From: Malacoraja senta
Taxonomy: Eukaryota
NCBI GenBank assembly: GCA_038087875.1
Contig: CM075994.1
Span: forward strand, 6,512,001 to 6,576,000
Direction: 5' to 3'
DNA length: 64,000 nucleotides
Positions 38,118 to 51,012 of this stretch are shown in pieces. The notes under the pieces were generated by a model that saw only the letters and a list, made by a program, of their open reading frames with translations, searched no databases and had not been told where the DNA came from. Each line of letters opens with the position of its first letter. The stretch's first letter is position 1. The position numbers were made by a program, and so were the translations under genes.

Positions 38118-41100
38118 CTGGGGGGAGAAGCAGAGAATCAGAGAGTCCCCGGGGGTCGGGGGGAGACTCGGGCAGCGCGGCCCCGGGTCCGGGGAGAAGG
38201 CGCTCGGCCTCAAACACAGGCAGGCGAACAACTGAATCCTTGCGCGAGGTTTCACCCCACAAATGTCATCAGACATTTTCACAGAGTTTTTCTCCTGGTT
38301 GGACGGGAATTTCATGGTCATTGGGGAACTTGACCGGGCAGCGCCATGGGATGGGATTGGATTGGGATTTTCAAGAGGGGGTGGGGGATGAGTGCGGACA
38401 ATGATGATTGACGAGAGATTGCGGTTGGCATTGGCAAATGAGGAGGTGTATTCAGAAGATCGGGACCCTTATTCAGAAATTCAGAAGTATTCCGACATCT
38501 TGCTGGTCGATGGTGGTGGTGGTGGTGGGGGGGGGGGGCGGTGGGGGGAGTGGTGGGATTGTAGGAAGGGGAGATTGATGCGAGTGGTTAAATTAGAGGT
38601 GGTTAAAGAGGAGGTAGAGTTGTGGTGGAGTCGCCATGATCATACTGAACGAGGGCGGAAATGAGGGGCCAGGTGACCTGCTTCTGTTTTCTTGAGAGGT
38701 GGTGAGACAGAGGAAGGGGTGTGTGCGCCTGTCAGTTGTGTTCAGGGATCTCACATCTCCAGCTGCCTGCGTGAAAGTGAAGCTTCCCAGCAGTTGTGTT
38801 TGCTACTGGAATAAAACGACAATTCCCCCTAGCCGATAATTACACACAAGCTCTGCATCTACACCTTACTCAGATGTGTCTGATAAATGAGAAGAAATAA
38901 ATCTATGTCAGTTTTATTTAACAGAATGAATTGCAGATGCAAGTTTACTAAAGAGACAGAATGTGTTGAAGTAATTAACAGAGGCTCAGTCAGCATCTTT
39001 GTAGAACATGGAATCGTTTTGTTTCAAAGATAGACACAAAATGCTGGAGTAACTCAGCGGGACAGGCAGCTTCTCTGGAGAGAAGGGATGGGTGACGTTT
39101 CGGGTCGAGACCCTTCTTCAGACCGAAGTCAGGGGAGAGGGTGATGCCGAGATAAGGAAGTGTACGGTGTGAAAACGAGACAAAGGGGATGGAGATCAAG
39201 GAAAATGTAGAATAGATCATTGTTAGCTGGGAGAAGGCAACAACAAAGCAAACAGAGATAAAAACTAATCGGAGACAGTCAGACTGGTCGGAGAACTGCA
39301 AAGGGGAGGGATGTAGAGAGAGTGAAAGGAAAGGTTACTTGATCAAAGTCAAAGTATCCTTTATTGTCATTATTTTTACCGTCATTATTGTTTATTGTTA
39401 GAGAAGTCAATATTCATACCGCTGGGGTGTAAGCTGCCCAAATGAAATATGAGGTGCTGTTCCCCCTATTTGCGCTTGCCGCACACTGACAATGGAGGAG
39501 GCCCAGGATAAAAAAATCAGTGTGAGAATGGGAGGGAGAGTTAAAGTGTTTAGCAACCGGGAGATCAAGAAGGTTTAGGCGGACAGAGCGGAGGTGTTCA
39601 GCAAATCGATCGCCAAGCCTGCGCTTGGTCTCGCCGATATACAAGTCCACATCTGATACTGTGGATACAGTAGATGAGGTTGGAGGAGGTGGGAGTGAAC
39701 CTCTGCCTCACCTGAAAGGACTGTCGGGGCTTTGGACGGAGTCGGACGGGGGAGGTATAGGGACAGGTATTGTTTGCATCTCCTGCGGTTGCAGGAGGAA
39801 GTACCTGGAGAGGGGGTGGTTTGGGAAGGAAGGGACGAGTTAACAAGGGAGTTGCGTTGGGGACGGTCTGCGGAAAGCGGAAAGGGGTGAGATGGGAAGT
39901 TGTGACTAGTGGTGCAATTCCATCTCCACCCAACGCAAGTGAGAGGTGGATACCAGCGAGAGGATTGTTTTGATAGGCCAATTGTTAGATTAATGCTAGA
40001 GAGGTTGTGGTAGAGGGGAGAAATGGATACAAGTCCAGGTGAGGTACAGGGAAAAGATGGTGGGGGGGTGGTCGAGAAGCTGCAGGAGGATGGGGTGGGC
40101 GATGGAGGGAGAAGGTGATTGTGTGTGGGGGGGGGGGATTAAATTATTTTTAAAAAACAGAGAATTCTATATTTTTACCGTCAGTTTGTAAGGTACTCCG
40201 CTTAATGGCATCAGATATTTCTGTTGTCATTGTGCTAAACACAAAGGGGTGATAGAACGTTTCAAAGGCCGGGGCAGCATCTGTCACTGACAACGATTCG
40301 GTAACAACACTCGCACTGCAAATAGTAAACACATGGTGATAAATTGAGCATGTAATTGTTGTTACATTACAAATCCACACAGTTTTTCAGTCAAGAGCAT
40401 GTCCTACCTGCTCTTCCGACCAGCTTCATCCTGAAATAAATAAAACACAAATCTGAATTCATTGAGATAAAAGAAATGCAAAATGCCGACATATATATAT
40501 ATATATATATATATAAAACACAAATTGCTGGAACATGGCGTAGCAGGCAGAATTTCATGAGGGTGTGGATTGGTGACGCTTCAGTTCGGCCCCCTCCTGT
40601 ACATCAACGAGACCAAGCCTAGACTAAGTGACCCAGATCTGCGGAACATCCCGGTTGCTAAATATTTCAACTCCACTTCTCATTTCCATATTGTTCTTCC
40701 AGTCCTCAGCCTCCTCCATTGACAGAGTGAGGTCGCATGCAAAATGGAGAATCAGCACCTCATATTCCACTCAGGTAGTTTACAACACAGCAAAATGAAC
40801 ATTGAAATCTCCAATTTAAGGTAACACCATCTCTCCCCCCCTTTACCCCATTTCTTCCATGTGCCCAGCCAAATGAGCTTCCACTTTTCGCACTATCCCG
40901 CTCTTTTACCCATTTCCCCAGATCCCTTTCACCTCTCCAATCCTCCATCTGGCTTAGCATATCACTCCTCTCTTCTTACCTGACCCCCTTTTCTATGCTT
41001 TTCATCTCTGGCCTATGTCCACCCAACTGCCAGGCAAACCTCCCTCGCCTGTATCCTTTGCCTGTCATGAGGCTTTGTCAAACTCCATCGCTTTTCCAGC

Positions 41101-44100
41101 TCCCCACCCATCCCAACAACAATCTGAAGAAGGGTACCGACCCAAAACGTCACCCATCCAAAGTACCCACAGATGTTGCCGAACCCGCTGAGTTGCTCCA
41201 GCACTTGCTTTTTTTTTGCTGAATTTATTTGGACTGATGGTTCACATCACAACAGAAACAATTCCATAGAACTTTAGGAGCAGCTGAAAATTCCCATTTC
41301 CCAATTCTGATCCCTGCTGACACGGATTGAGGATATTACACAAACGAATAAAGAAACAAGGGATAATGTGTAAGGAGTGTTAGTGAAAAATCTGCCATTG
41401 ATCTGAGGATCTAGATTACCGGAAAGACTGCACACTTCGTGATTTTTTTTGGCTAATTAAAGGAAAATTAACAGAATTTAATATTAACTTGATTAATACG
41501 GGTGTCAGAGGTAAGGGGAGAAAGCAGGAGAATGGGGTTAGTACAGGTAGATCAGCCACGATTGAATGGCGGAGTAGACTGGATGGGCTAATTCTCCTCC
41601 CATCACTTCTGGTCCTATGAACTTATTATGGTCGCGTGTACTGAGGTACAGCAAAAAGCGTTTGTTTGCGTGCTATCCTGTTAAAGAAAAGACTGTACCT
41701 GAATAAAAACAAGCTGTCCACAGTGTAGAGATAAAGGATAAAGGGTATAACATTTAGTGCAAGATTAAACATTGAATATCAGATAATAAGAAAGTGAATT
41801 GAAGATAAAATATCAGGTGTTCATTCAAAAGTTCCAATAGAGATTCAGTCAAGATAATATAGAACCCTCTACCACAGGAGTTGTAATTTAATGGGGAGGT
41901 GGATGAAGGTGGATAACCACGAGAGATGTGGGAACTGTGGGCATTGCTGGTGGCAGTTGTAAGTTGGTGGGTAGTGGATTGTGCAGTGCAGGAAAACTGA
42001 CAGCAGTGGATGGGCCGAATGTCCATGATGTAGAGAGGGGCGGAATTCAATGTTGATCACAGATGCACAAAAAGCTGCGTTATTTCAGAACAACGACCCA
42101 ACGTTTTGCTACTGTTTGCTTTCCTTTAAAGGAACCTGTAATGTGGCACCTCACCTTCAGAAATAGCACACCGTCTTTTTGATCCATTCTTTCCTGTAAC
42201 TCTACGAGCTCCTGCTGAACATCATTTAATCTGTTTTGAATCTCCGTCAGCTTTATCTTCATTTCATTTACAATCTTCATCTTTTCTTCCTGCAGATCTC
42301 TGAGTAAGCGGTTTTCTTTCTCTGAGAGGATCTGGTGCAGTTTAACAAACCAGGCTTTGAAGTGAGACTTAAGGTTGCATGACTCTTCCTGTCAAATGAA
42401 AGATAAAGAGTAATATATCACGTTGTGGTATTGTCTTGCCTTAAGACATGGAAGGTGACCATTTCACTCAACCATTCATGGAGCACTGTAATAGGCCTTC
42501 GGTCAACCACGTCCAGGGTGGCTTTTGTACTTATCTGTCGGTCCATTTTACCTGCATTTCACTTTGCACGTTTTTGCCTTGGGAACTGGAGAGCTTGCCG
42601 CGGTGATTTCTTATTTGTTATTTGTGAAATATGATAATCCCATTAATCGCATTCTCCCAATTAAATGCCCTGCTGTCAATACCCATGTCGTGCCCATTAG
42701 TTCCCACTCATTTGCCCAGCACTAACTTTCACAAAGATCATTTACAGTTGCCGATTGACCATCTAACCGGCGTGTCTTTGGGATATGGTAGGAATCTGAC
42801 GGGGTCACAGGGAGAATGCGTGAACTGCACAGTGAGAACCCGATATCACGATAGAGCCAGGTCCCCACAGGCAGGAAACAGAAGCACTGCTTCGTGTCAC
42901 AGAGTTATACACCACAGAAGCAGGCCGATCGGCCCAGCGTGCCAGTGCCGACCAATACATAGATACATAGAAAATAGGTGCAGGAGTAGGCCATTCGGCC
43001 CTTCGAGCCTGCACCGCCATTCAATATGATCATGGCTGATCATCCAACTCAGTATCCCGTACCTGCCTTCTCTCCATACCCCCTGATCCCTTTAGCCACA
43101 AGGGCCACATCTAACTCCCTCTTAAATATAGCCAATGAACTGGCGTCAACTACCCTCTGTGGCAGAGAGTTCCAGAGATTCACCACTCTCTGTGTGAAAA
43201 AGTTTTTCCTCATCTCGGTCTTAAAGGATTTCCCCCTTATCCTTAAGCTGTGACCCCTTGTCCTGGACTTCCCCAACATCGGGAACAATCTTCCTGCATC
43301 TAGCCTGTCCAACCCCATAAGAATTTTGTACGTTTCTATAAGATCCCCTCTCAATCTCCTAAATTCTAGCGAGTATAAGCCAAGTCTATCCAGTCTTTCT
43401 TCATATGAAAGTCCTGACATCCCAGGAATCAGTCTGGTGAACCTTCTCTGCACTCCCTCTATGGCTATAATGTCCTTCCTCAGATTTGGAGACCAAAACT
43501 GTACGCAATACTCCAGGTGTGGTCTCACCAAGACCCTGTACAACTGCAGTAGAACCTCCCTGCTCCTATACTCAAATCCTCTTGCTATGAAGGCCAACAT
43601 ACCATTCGCTTTCTTCACTGCCTGCTGCACCTGCATGCCTACTTTCAATGACTGGTGTACCATGACACCCAGGTCTCGCTGCACCTTCCCATTTCCTAAT
43701 CGGCCACCATTTAGATAATAGTCTGCCTTCCCGTTTTTGCCTCCAAAGTGGATAACCTCACATTTATCCACATTATACTGCATCTGCCAAACATTTGCCC
43801 ACTCCCCCAGCCTATCCAAGTCACCTTGCAGTCTCCTAGCATCCTCCTCACAGCTAACACTGCCCCCCAGCTTAGTGTCATCCGCAAACTTGGAGATGTT
43901 GCTTTCAATTCCCTCGTCCAGATCATTAATATAAATTGTAAATAGCTGGGGTCCCAGCACTGAGCCTTGCGGTACCCCACTAGTCACTGCCTGCCATTGT
44001 GAAAAGGACCCGTTTACTCCTACTCTTTGCTTCCTGTTTGCCAGCCAGTTCTCTATCCACATCAATACTGAACCCCCAATACCGTGTGATTTAAGCTTGT

Positions 44101-45597
44101 ATCCTAATCTCTTATGTGGTACCTTGTCGAAAGCCTTCTGAAAGTCCAGATACAACACATCCACTGGTTCTCCCCTATCCACTCTACTAGTTACATCCTC
44201 GAAAAATTCTATAAGATTCGTCAGACACGATTTACCTTTCGTAAATCCATGCTGACTTTGTCCAATGATTTCACCACTTTCCAAATGTGCTGCTATCCCA
44301 TCTTTAATAACTGACTCTAGCAGTTTCCCCACTACCGATGTTAGACTAACAGGTCTGTAATTCCCCGTTTTCTCTCTCCCTCCCTTCTTAAAAAGTGGGG
44401 TTATGTTTGCTACCCTCCAATCCTCAGGAACTACTCCAGAATCTAAAGAATTTTGAAAAATTATCACTAATGCATCCACTATTTCTGGAGCTACTTCCTT
44501 AAGTACTCTGGGATGCAGCCTATCTGGCCCTGGTGATTTATCGGCCTTTAATCCATTCAATATGCCGCATCTAAATATTTCCACCTGGCCCAGAGCTCCT
44601 GAAACCTTGCTTATCTATGTATCTGTCCAATGTCTTTTAATTATTGCTATGGTTTCAATTCAACTATCTCCTCTGGCAGCTCGTTCCATTTACCCACTAC
44701 ACTCTGCGTGAAAATATTGTCCTCAGGTTCGTATCACCTCTCACATTTAACCTGCCCGGGGTGTCTACTCCCTTTATAATGGTAATAGATTCTGTGCCTT
44801 GGCCAGAATTATATCCCTCATGACCACAATACCGTAACATCTCTATAATCTCCCTGCACCCCAAGATTTAAAGTTATTGGCTACCCAATCTCCCTCTGCT
44901 GCTCAGGTCCTCGCCTCTGAGCTATAGAGGGCTGGCCTATTGTTATTCGCATCACAGGTAATGAATGTACACATGATCAGGAAATCGAAACTGGAAAGCC
45001 TCACCCGAACTCCAGATATCTTTAGTTTCTGTTGCTGCTCCAGGAGCTGGATCTCTGATTCCTTTTTTGTGAGTGATTCTAAGGAAGATTTCATCTGATT
45101 CTGGGAAATGGGTTTAGATCAGAGAATAAAATGTCAGACAATAAACAAGGAATTAAACGATGAAGTGATCAAAATCGATTTGCTTTTACCATATAGATTT
45201 CTACAGCTTCTTCTATCACCATGAAGCTGTGAGACTTGTGTTCCCGCGCAGCTGCACAAATCACACAGATCAGTTTCTTGTCAGTTTCACAAAACAGCTT
45301 CAGTTCTTCCTGATGTTCCTCGCAGTGAGGTTTGCGTTCCTCTATCCGATACAGGCTGTGATTTCGAGCTTTCTCAGCCAGTCTCGCCAAGGCCCAACTA
45401 ACCCTGAGGGTGCGCTCCTCAAACACCTCTCCACATTCCGGGCAGGAGTTTCTCTCCGCCCTGTCCCAAAACCGTGTGATACAGGAGCGGCAGAAGTTGT
45501 GCCCACACTCCAGTGCCACCGGATCGGTGAAGAAATCCAGGCAGATGGGACAAACTGCCTCCTCGGTCCAACTCTCGACCATGTCTTTCGAAGCCAT
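37582..45597 (-). CDS. TRIM gene copy C: intact RING-B-box-coiled-coil-PRY/SPRY E3 ligase (471-477 aa)
   Basis: Exons 45597-45190, 45100-45005, 42388-42155, 40430-40408, 40315-40179 (or -40197), 38117-37582; GT-AG, no stops. Confidence 0.9.
39094..39121 (-). ncRNA. Minimal type I hammerhead ribozyme motif, sense to TRIM C intron 5
   Basis: GGU-CUGAAGA-A-GGGU(CUCG)ACCC-GAAACGUC-ACC. Confidence 0.7.
40179..40315 (-). CDS. TRIM C exon 5
   Basis: ASVVTESLSVTDAAPAFETF; donor at 40179 or 40197. Confidence 0.8.
40408..40430 (-). CDS. TRIM C exon 4 (23 bp)
   Basis: Identical to copy B exon 4. Confidence 0.82.
40491..40514. repeat. (TA)n microsatellite, length differs among paralogues (32317-32327, 54423-54470)
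   Basis: Read directly from sequence. Confidence 0.9.
42155..42388 (-). CDS. TRIM C exon 3
   Basis: 234 bp, open, AG/GT borders. Confidence 0.88.
42958..44557 (-). mobile_element. Young 5'-truncated CR1 LINE with uninterrupted RT frame
   Basis: About 500 codons open; flanked by CAATA duplication; site empty in B (near 35027) and D (near 56627). Confidence 0.93.
45005..45100 (-). CDS. TRIM C exon 2
   Basis: NQMKSSLESL...ISGVR, 96 bp. Confidence 0.88.
45190..45597 (-). CDS. TRIM C exon 1 (RING plus B-box)
   Basis: 4 aa differences from copy B. Confidence 0.93.
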
Positions 45598-46349
45598 TTA
45601 AACTCCTCCTCTTCCTGGTTCATAATGTTTTCATTGACGTGCGGCTGCTGAATATGGGAGGTCACGGTGACGCATCTGTAGAGTACTTTATCTTACAGCG
45701 AATGCAGCGCCGGAGACACGGGTTCCTGACTACGGGTGCTGTCTGTACGGAGTTTGTGCGTTCTCCCCGTGATCTGCGTGGGGTTTCTCCGAGATCTTTC
45801 TTGGTTAATGTAAAAAAATGTCCCTATAGGGGGCTTGCACGTAAGGTCACCGGGTCATAGGGCTTGACGCACGGAGCCGCTCAATCCATCTGGAGGACAT
45901 CCGTCACTTCCGGTATATGTTATTAATGCTGGAAACACGTACTTTCCTACCTGTTAAAACCCGCCAAAATGTTGAATTTTTTCGCTGTAAAACATTGTGG
46001 GTCGGGGTAAGTGTGAGAGACATGTACCCTACTTCAGAATTGCAAAAGTGAAGAGAAGTGAAGGTAAAGAGAAGCGACAGCTGAAGGGACAACAACAGCT
46101 AAAGTGCTTGGCGAACATTGGCCGTGCAGATATCGGAATTGAAAATATTGGGAATTATCGCGTTTGCTCACTGCATTTCATTAACGGCAAGGCATTATTT
46201 GTGGTTTTTCTTGATTCCTTTGGTATCTAAAAAGTCTCAGAAGTTATAAATCTGGTTGTAAATTTTGCTTCAGAGGCGTTTTCTTTTTGTATGTAAAAAC
46301 CCACTTGAGAACCATGGGCGATTTTAAAATTTTACAATTCTGAAATTTT

Positions 46350-46580
46350 AGAATTCTCCCAATTCTGCTAGCCCTTGCTGTCCCCTCCCCTTCATCAGCC
46401 CTCTGGTTGTCTCCTCCCCTCCCCCAGCCCTCAGGCTCCTCCTCTGCCTTTTACCTTTTTCCTTTCTTCTCCCCACCCCCTATCAGTCTGAAGAAGGGTT
46501 TCGGCCCGAAACGTTGCCTATTTCCTTCGCTCCATAGATGCTGCTGCACCCGCTGAGTTTCTCCAGCATTTTTGTGTACC
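46350..46580 (+). mobile_element. Penelope 3' fragment nested in the THAP element
   Basis: Near-identical to the reverse complement of 61280-61508. Confidence 0.8.
46488..46515 (+). ncRNA. Minimal type I hammerhead ribozyme motif
   Basis: CUGAAGAAGGGUUUCGGCCCGAAACGUU. Confidence 0.7.
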
Positions 46581-47417
46581 TTTAAAATTTTACAGTTCGC
46601 CAAGCACTCTGGCTGTTGTTGTCCCTTCAGATCTCGCTTCAATCTACCGTCATTTCTCCTCACTTTTTTAATTCTGAAGTAGGCTAAATGTCTCCCACGC
46701 TTATCCCGATTTCCATAATTATTTCCAGCGCAAAAATTGACAATTTCGGCGGGTTTTAACGGGCCCGCTACGCTGGAAACAATGGTAAGTACTTACCTGC
46801 AGTTCATCGCGTGTAATCCATTTGGCGTAGCGTAGCAACAGTACGGGTCATGGGTCGTGACCCGACTGCCGTGAAACCTCCCTATTGGGACGAAGGGCCG
46901 GTTTCCGCGCTGTATCTCTCAACTCATCTAAACCTCATCTAAACGAAACCCCTACAGTACCGCAAGTGTTCAGTGTGAAGGTGTCCTGGCCACTTCCAGC
47001 CACTTCCACGAGGGAGGGTCAGTTAGACATTAGCCTGGATATAGACGAAAGCCGAGATAGGGGTTTAGGAAAGCCTCGGGTGTAACCTGAGGAGGCGTTT
47101 AATTTGTTGGGCAGTGGAACCCGCCGTTCAAAGCCCGGGATCAGGATGGACGGAGACCTCCCTCCAGCCTTATTTTAATCCACAATAGTGCACCTGTCTC
47201 TCATGCAGCAGTCTTCGGGGTGTTTGTGTGTATTGTTTAAAGGCTAGCGGAGTCAAGGGATATGGGGAGAAGGCAGGCACGGGTTATTGATAGGGGACGG
47301 TCAGCCATGATCACAATGAATGGCGGTGCTGGCTCGAAGGGCCGAATGGTCTCCTCCTGCTCCTATTTTCTATGTTTCTATGACCCTTTAACATGTATTG
47401 CAGTATGCAAAGGTTCA

Positions 47418-47682
47418 CTTAGTTTAGTTTGGAGATACAGCGCGAAAACAGGCCCTTCGACCCACCGAGTCCGCACCGACCAGCGACCAGTACACACTAG
47501 GCAAAATTTTACAAACACCAAGCCAATTAAACTACATACTAAACTACATACCTGTAGGTCTTTAGAGTGAGATATCAAAGATCTCGGAGAAACCCACGGG
47601 TCTCGGGGTGAAGGTACAAAATCCGTACAGACAGCACCCGTAGTCGGGATCGAACCCGGGTCTCTACCGCTGCACCACCGTG
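47418..47682 (-). mobile_element. tRNA-derived SINE (paralogue 59874-60168)
   Basis: B box GGTTCGATCCC on the minus strand, (CTAAA)n tail. Confidence 0.8.
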
Positions 47683-48356
47683 GGATCAATGAGATTGGAA
47701 CACCGAACACTCAGATTCGAAAGCCCAATTGGCGGCATTTCCTCCGCCCCATGCAGGTCATTCTTCCCGCTAACGCTTCCGAGATGGCGCCCATTTGCGT
47801 GCGATGCAGTTCTGCAATCACATATTACAATCGCCCCACACTCTTAAATCTCTACTCCCACCTCAACATTTCTCACTTTAACTATGATCGGACTTTGCTT
47901 GCTCAAAACGTTATCCCATCGTCGTGTATCTGTACAATGTAAATTGCTCGATTGCATTTTACTGTACCTCGATACACGTGATAATAATCTAAATTGAAAA
48001 GCCTTATTCCCCTTCGATAGGCACAAAATGCGGGAGTAACTCAGAGGGACAATTACGTTTTCCCTGTACACGTGACAATAAACTAAATCGCTGTGTAACG
48101 TTACAATGCCCGGCAGCCTTAACCCCGGTTTTAAGCATGACTATTAACTAAAGGGCTTCAATTCCATAGGAACTAGCGAACTCAAGGCAGCAACTGATAG
48201 TCGGCGTGAGGTGTTGAGGCAGCGATTTAGTACGAGGAACCCAGAGACACAAATTGAAGTCTCCCTTAATTACAGTTACTCATAAATGATAGGAGCGGGA
48301 TTAGGATATTTGGCCCATCAAGACTACTCCGCCATTCAATCAAGCATGATCTATCT

Positions 48357-49314
48357 TATATTAATGATCTGGATGAGGGAATTGAATGCAACATCTCGAA
48401 GTTTGCGGATGACACGAAGCTGGGGGGCAGTGTTAGGTGTGAGGAGGATGCTAGCAGGCTGCAAGGTGACTTGGATAGGTTGGGTGAGTGGGCAAATGAA
48501 TGGCAGATGCAGTATAATGTGGATAAATGTGAGGTTATCCACTTTGGTGGCAAAAACAGGAAAGTAGACTATTATCTGAATGGTGGCCGATTAGGAAAAG
48601 GGGAGATGCAACGAGACCTGGGTGTCATGGTACACCAGTCATTGAAAGTAGGCATGCAGGTGCAGCAGGCAGTGAAGAAAGCGAATGGTATGTTAGCATT
48701 CATAGCAAAAGGATTTGAGTATAAGAGCAGGGAGGTTCTACTGCAGTTGTACAGAGTCTTGGTGAGACCACACCTGGAGTATTGCGTACAGTTTTGGTCT
48801 CCTAATCTGAGGAAAGACATTCTTGCCATAGAGGGAGTGCAGAGAAGGTTCACCAGACTGATTCCTGGGATGGCAGGACTTTCATATGAAGAAAGACTGG
48901 ATAGACTCGGCTTGTACTCGCTAGGATTTAGAAGATTGAGGGGGGATCTTATAGAAACTTACAAAATTCTTAAGGGGTTGGACAGGCTAGATGCAGGAAG
49001 ATTATTCCCGATGTTGGGGAAGTCCAGAACAAGGGGTCACAGTTTAAGGATAAGGGGGAAGTCTTTTAGGACCGAGATGAGAAAATTATTTTTTTACACA
49101 GAGAGTGGTGAATCTGTGGAATTCTCTGCCACAGAAGGTAGTTGAGGCCAGTTCATTTGCTATATTTAAGAGGGAGTTAGATGTGGCCCTTGTGGTAAAG
49201 GGATCAGAGAAGGCAGGTACAGGATACTGAGTTGGATGATCAGCCATGATCATATTGAATGGCGGTGCAGGCTCGAAGGGCCGAATGGCCTACTCCTGTA
49301 CCTATTTTCTATGT
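48357..49314 (+). mobile_element. 5'-truncated CR1 inserted into an older antisense CR1 tail
   Basis: RT C-terminal motifs; CTATCT duplicated at 48351-48356 and 49315-49320. Confidence 0.88.
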
Positions 49315-50817
49315 CTATCTCTCCCTCCTAACCACATTCCCCTGCCTTCTCCCATATTCCCTGACACCCATACTGTTCAAGAATCTGTCAATCTCTGCCT
49401 TAAGAATATCCATTGAAATATCATCTCAAATCCTCCACAAATAAACTAGTCCGGTTGGATCAATGACCACAACGCGCATCTAGTTCAAAGTGATCGAATG
49501 AACCACTCAGAGGATAATTAGGGACGTGCAATAAGTGATGTCCCTGCAGAGACAACCAAACCCTGAACACCGATAAATATCATGCATTTAAACTATTCCT
49601 CAATAAGAAAGTGCAGTGTTTATGGAAGATGTTATTTTATTAACCGTTGAAGTTAATGACAATTAACACTAGTAATAGCAAGTTCAGATCTCCAGGCAGC
49701 TTGTGGCCTCCCCTCTTCTATTCTCTCGTCGTCCCGGATTACGTTCCTGTCACCGCCGCTGCTCCCACGTCGCTGACGGCCTCAAGCATCGGAATCTGTG
49801 CATTCTCTCTGCCCCAGATTAACTTTCCACGCGGGTAACGAGTTAATACATCGGCCGATCCTGCTGTGCCGGTTTCCAGCAGCAGGTGGGGATCCTGCGG
49901 TGGCGAAACTGCACAAACCTTTGCACAGCTCAGCATCACCATCTGGTGGCTGAAGGCGGCAATGCAATTAACTGGTCTTCCTGACATGTATGAGGTGGAA
50001 TAGAGGAGGGTCTCTCAATATAGGAGCGAGAAATACACATCTGGTAGAATTAAAAGGATAAAGAAGCATTTGTGGAGGATAAGAGTCAAGGGTCGAGACC
50101 CAGTATCAGGACGAAATGATCGAGGGTTGCCGATTCCAGCATCTGCAGACTTTCGTGTCTCCGTGAATTCAACATCATCAGTAATAGAAAATGTTTTCAT
50201 GAGCAGCAGGACTGACAGGGTCAGGGCAAATTCCGACCAGAGACTCGGAATGCCAATTCAGGTTCTCTCTCCCCAGCTCCTGCCCAACCAACTGCGGACC
50301 CATCTCAAGCCCCCTTGACTATTGCAGCTTTGTCCACCCACAAAAACAGATGTCTGGGCTCAGACAAAATGTCAGAGATTTTGCAACCCACTTTGTTTGG
50401 AGTTGGGAATGCAGAACTCAAATCTGGAAGATTACGGACATGGGGGATGGATTGGCAACATTCCTTGAGTGTGGTGCGAGGATTATTTGCTAACATTGGA
50501 GCCAGGAAGAGAAGTTTTGTGGCCCGCAGTTTAGGGAGGGAAACTCATGAGGAGTGATATAGATGCAAGCTCGCGTTGAGGACAAGAAATAATTTCATTA
50601 CTCTGTCTCGGTATATATAACAATTAAAGCTCATGACTATTTCTCTCTCTTGGGCTGAGGGCGACGATTAAAGTTTCACCTGATGGATTGGGTGAAAAAA
50701 GGGAAGAAACAGAGGCAGATAATCAGAGAGGAAATTGATAATGGGATTGGATCATTAAAACCAAACCCACTGACAATATTGACGGTTTTTAGATTAATAC
50801 AACAGATACATTTAATA

Positions 50818-51012
50818 GGGTACACAAAAATGCTGGAGAAACTCAGCGGGTGCAGCAGCATCTATGGAGCGAAGGAAATAGGTAACGTTTCGGGGTTTCG
50901 GCCCGAAACGTTATCTATTTCCTTCGCTCCATAGATGCTGCTGCACCCGCTGAGTTTCTCCAGTATTTTTGTGTACCTTCGATTTTCCAGCATCTGCAGT
51001 TCCTTCTTTAAC
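50818..51012 (+). mobile_element. Penelope-derived mini-element forming a 76-bp-arm hairpin
   Basis: Arms 50819-50894 and 50902-50977; 16-bp TSD ACAGATACATT(T/A)AATA; empty site near 6020. Confidence 0.85.

Larger units (their letters stand above)
45828..46883. mobile_element. Non-autonomous ISL2EU/Harbinger-like DNA transposon with THAP-domain remnants on both strands
   Basis: AT|AGGG...CCCT|AT ends with imperfect TIRs; YFRIAKV...LANIGRAD...RVCSLHF THAP-like peptide. Confidence 0.6.

Noticed and set aside
43049..44584. Domesticated reverse transcriptase gene
   Set aside because: 5'-truncated CR1 with tail and TSD; the apparent start comes from flanking intron
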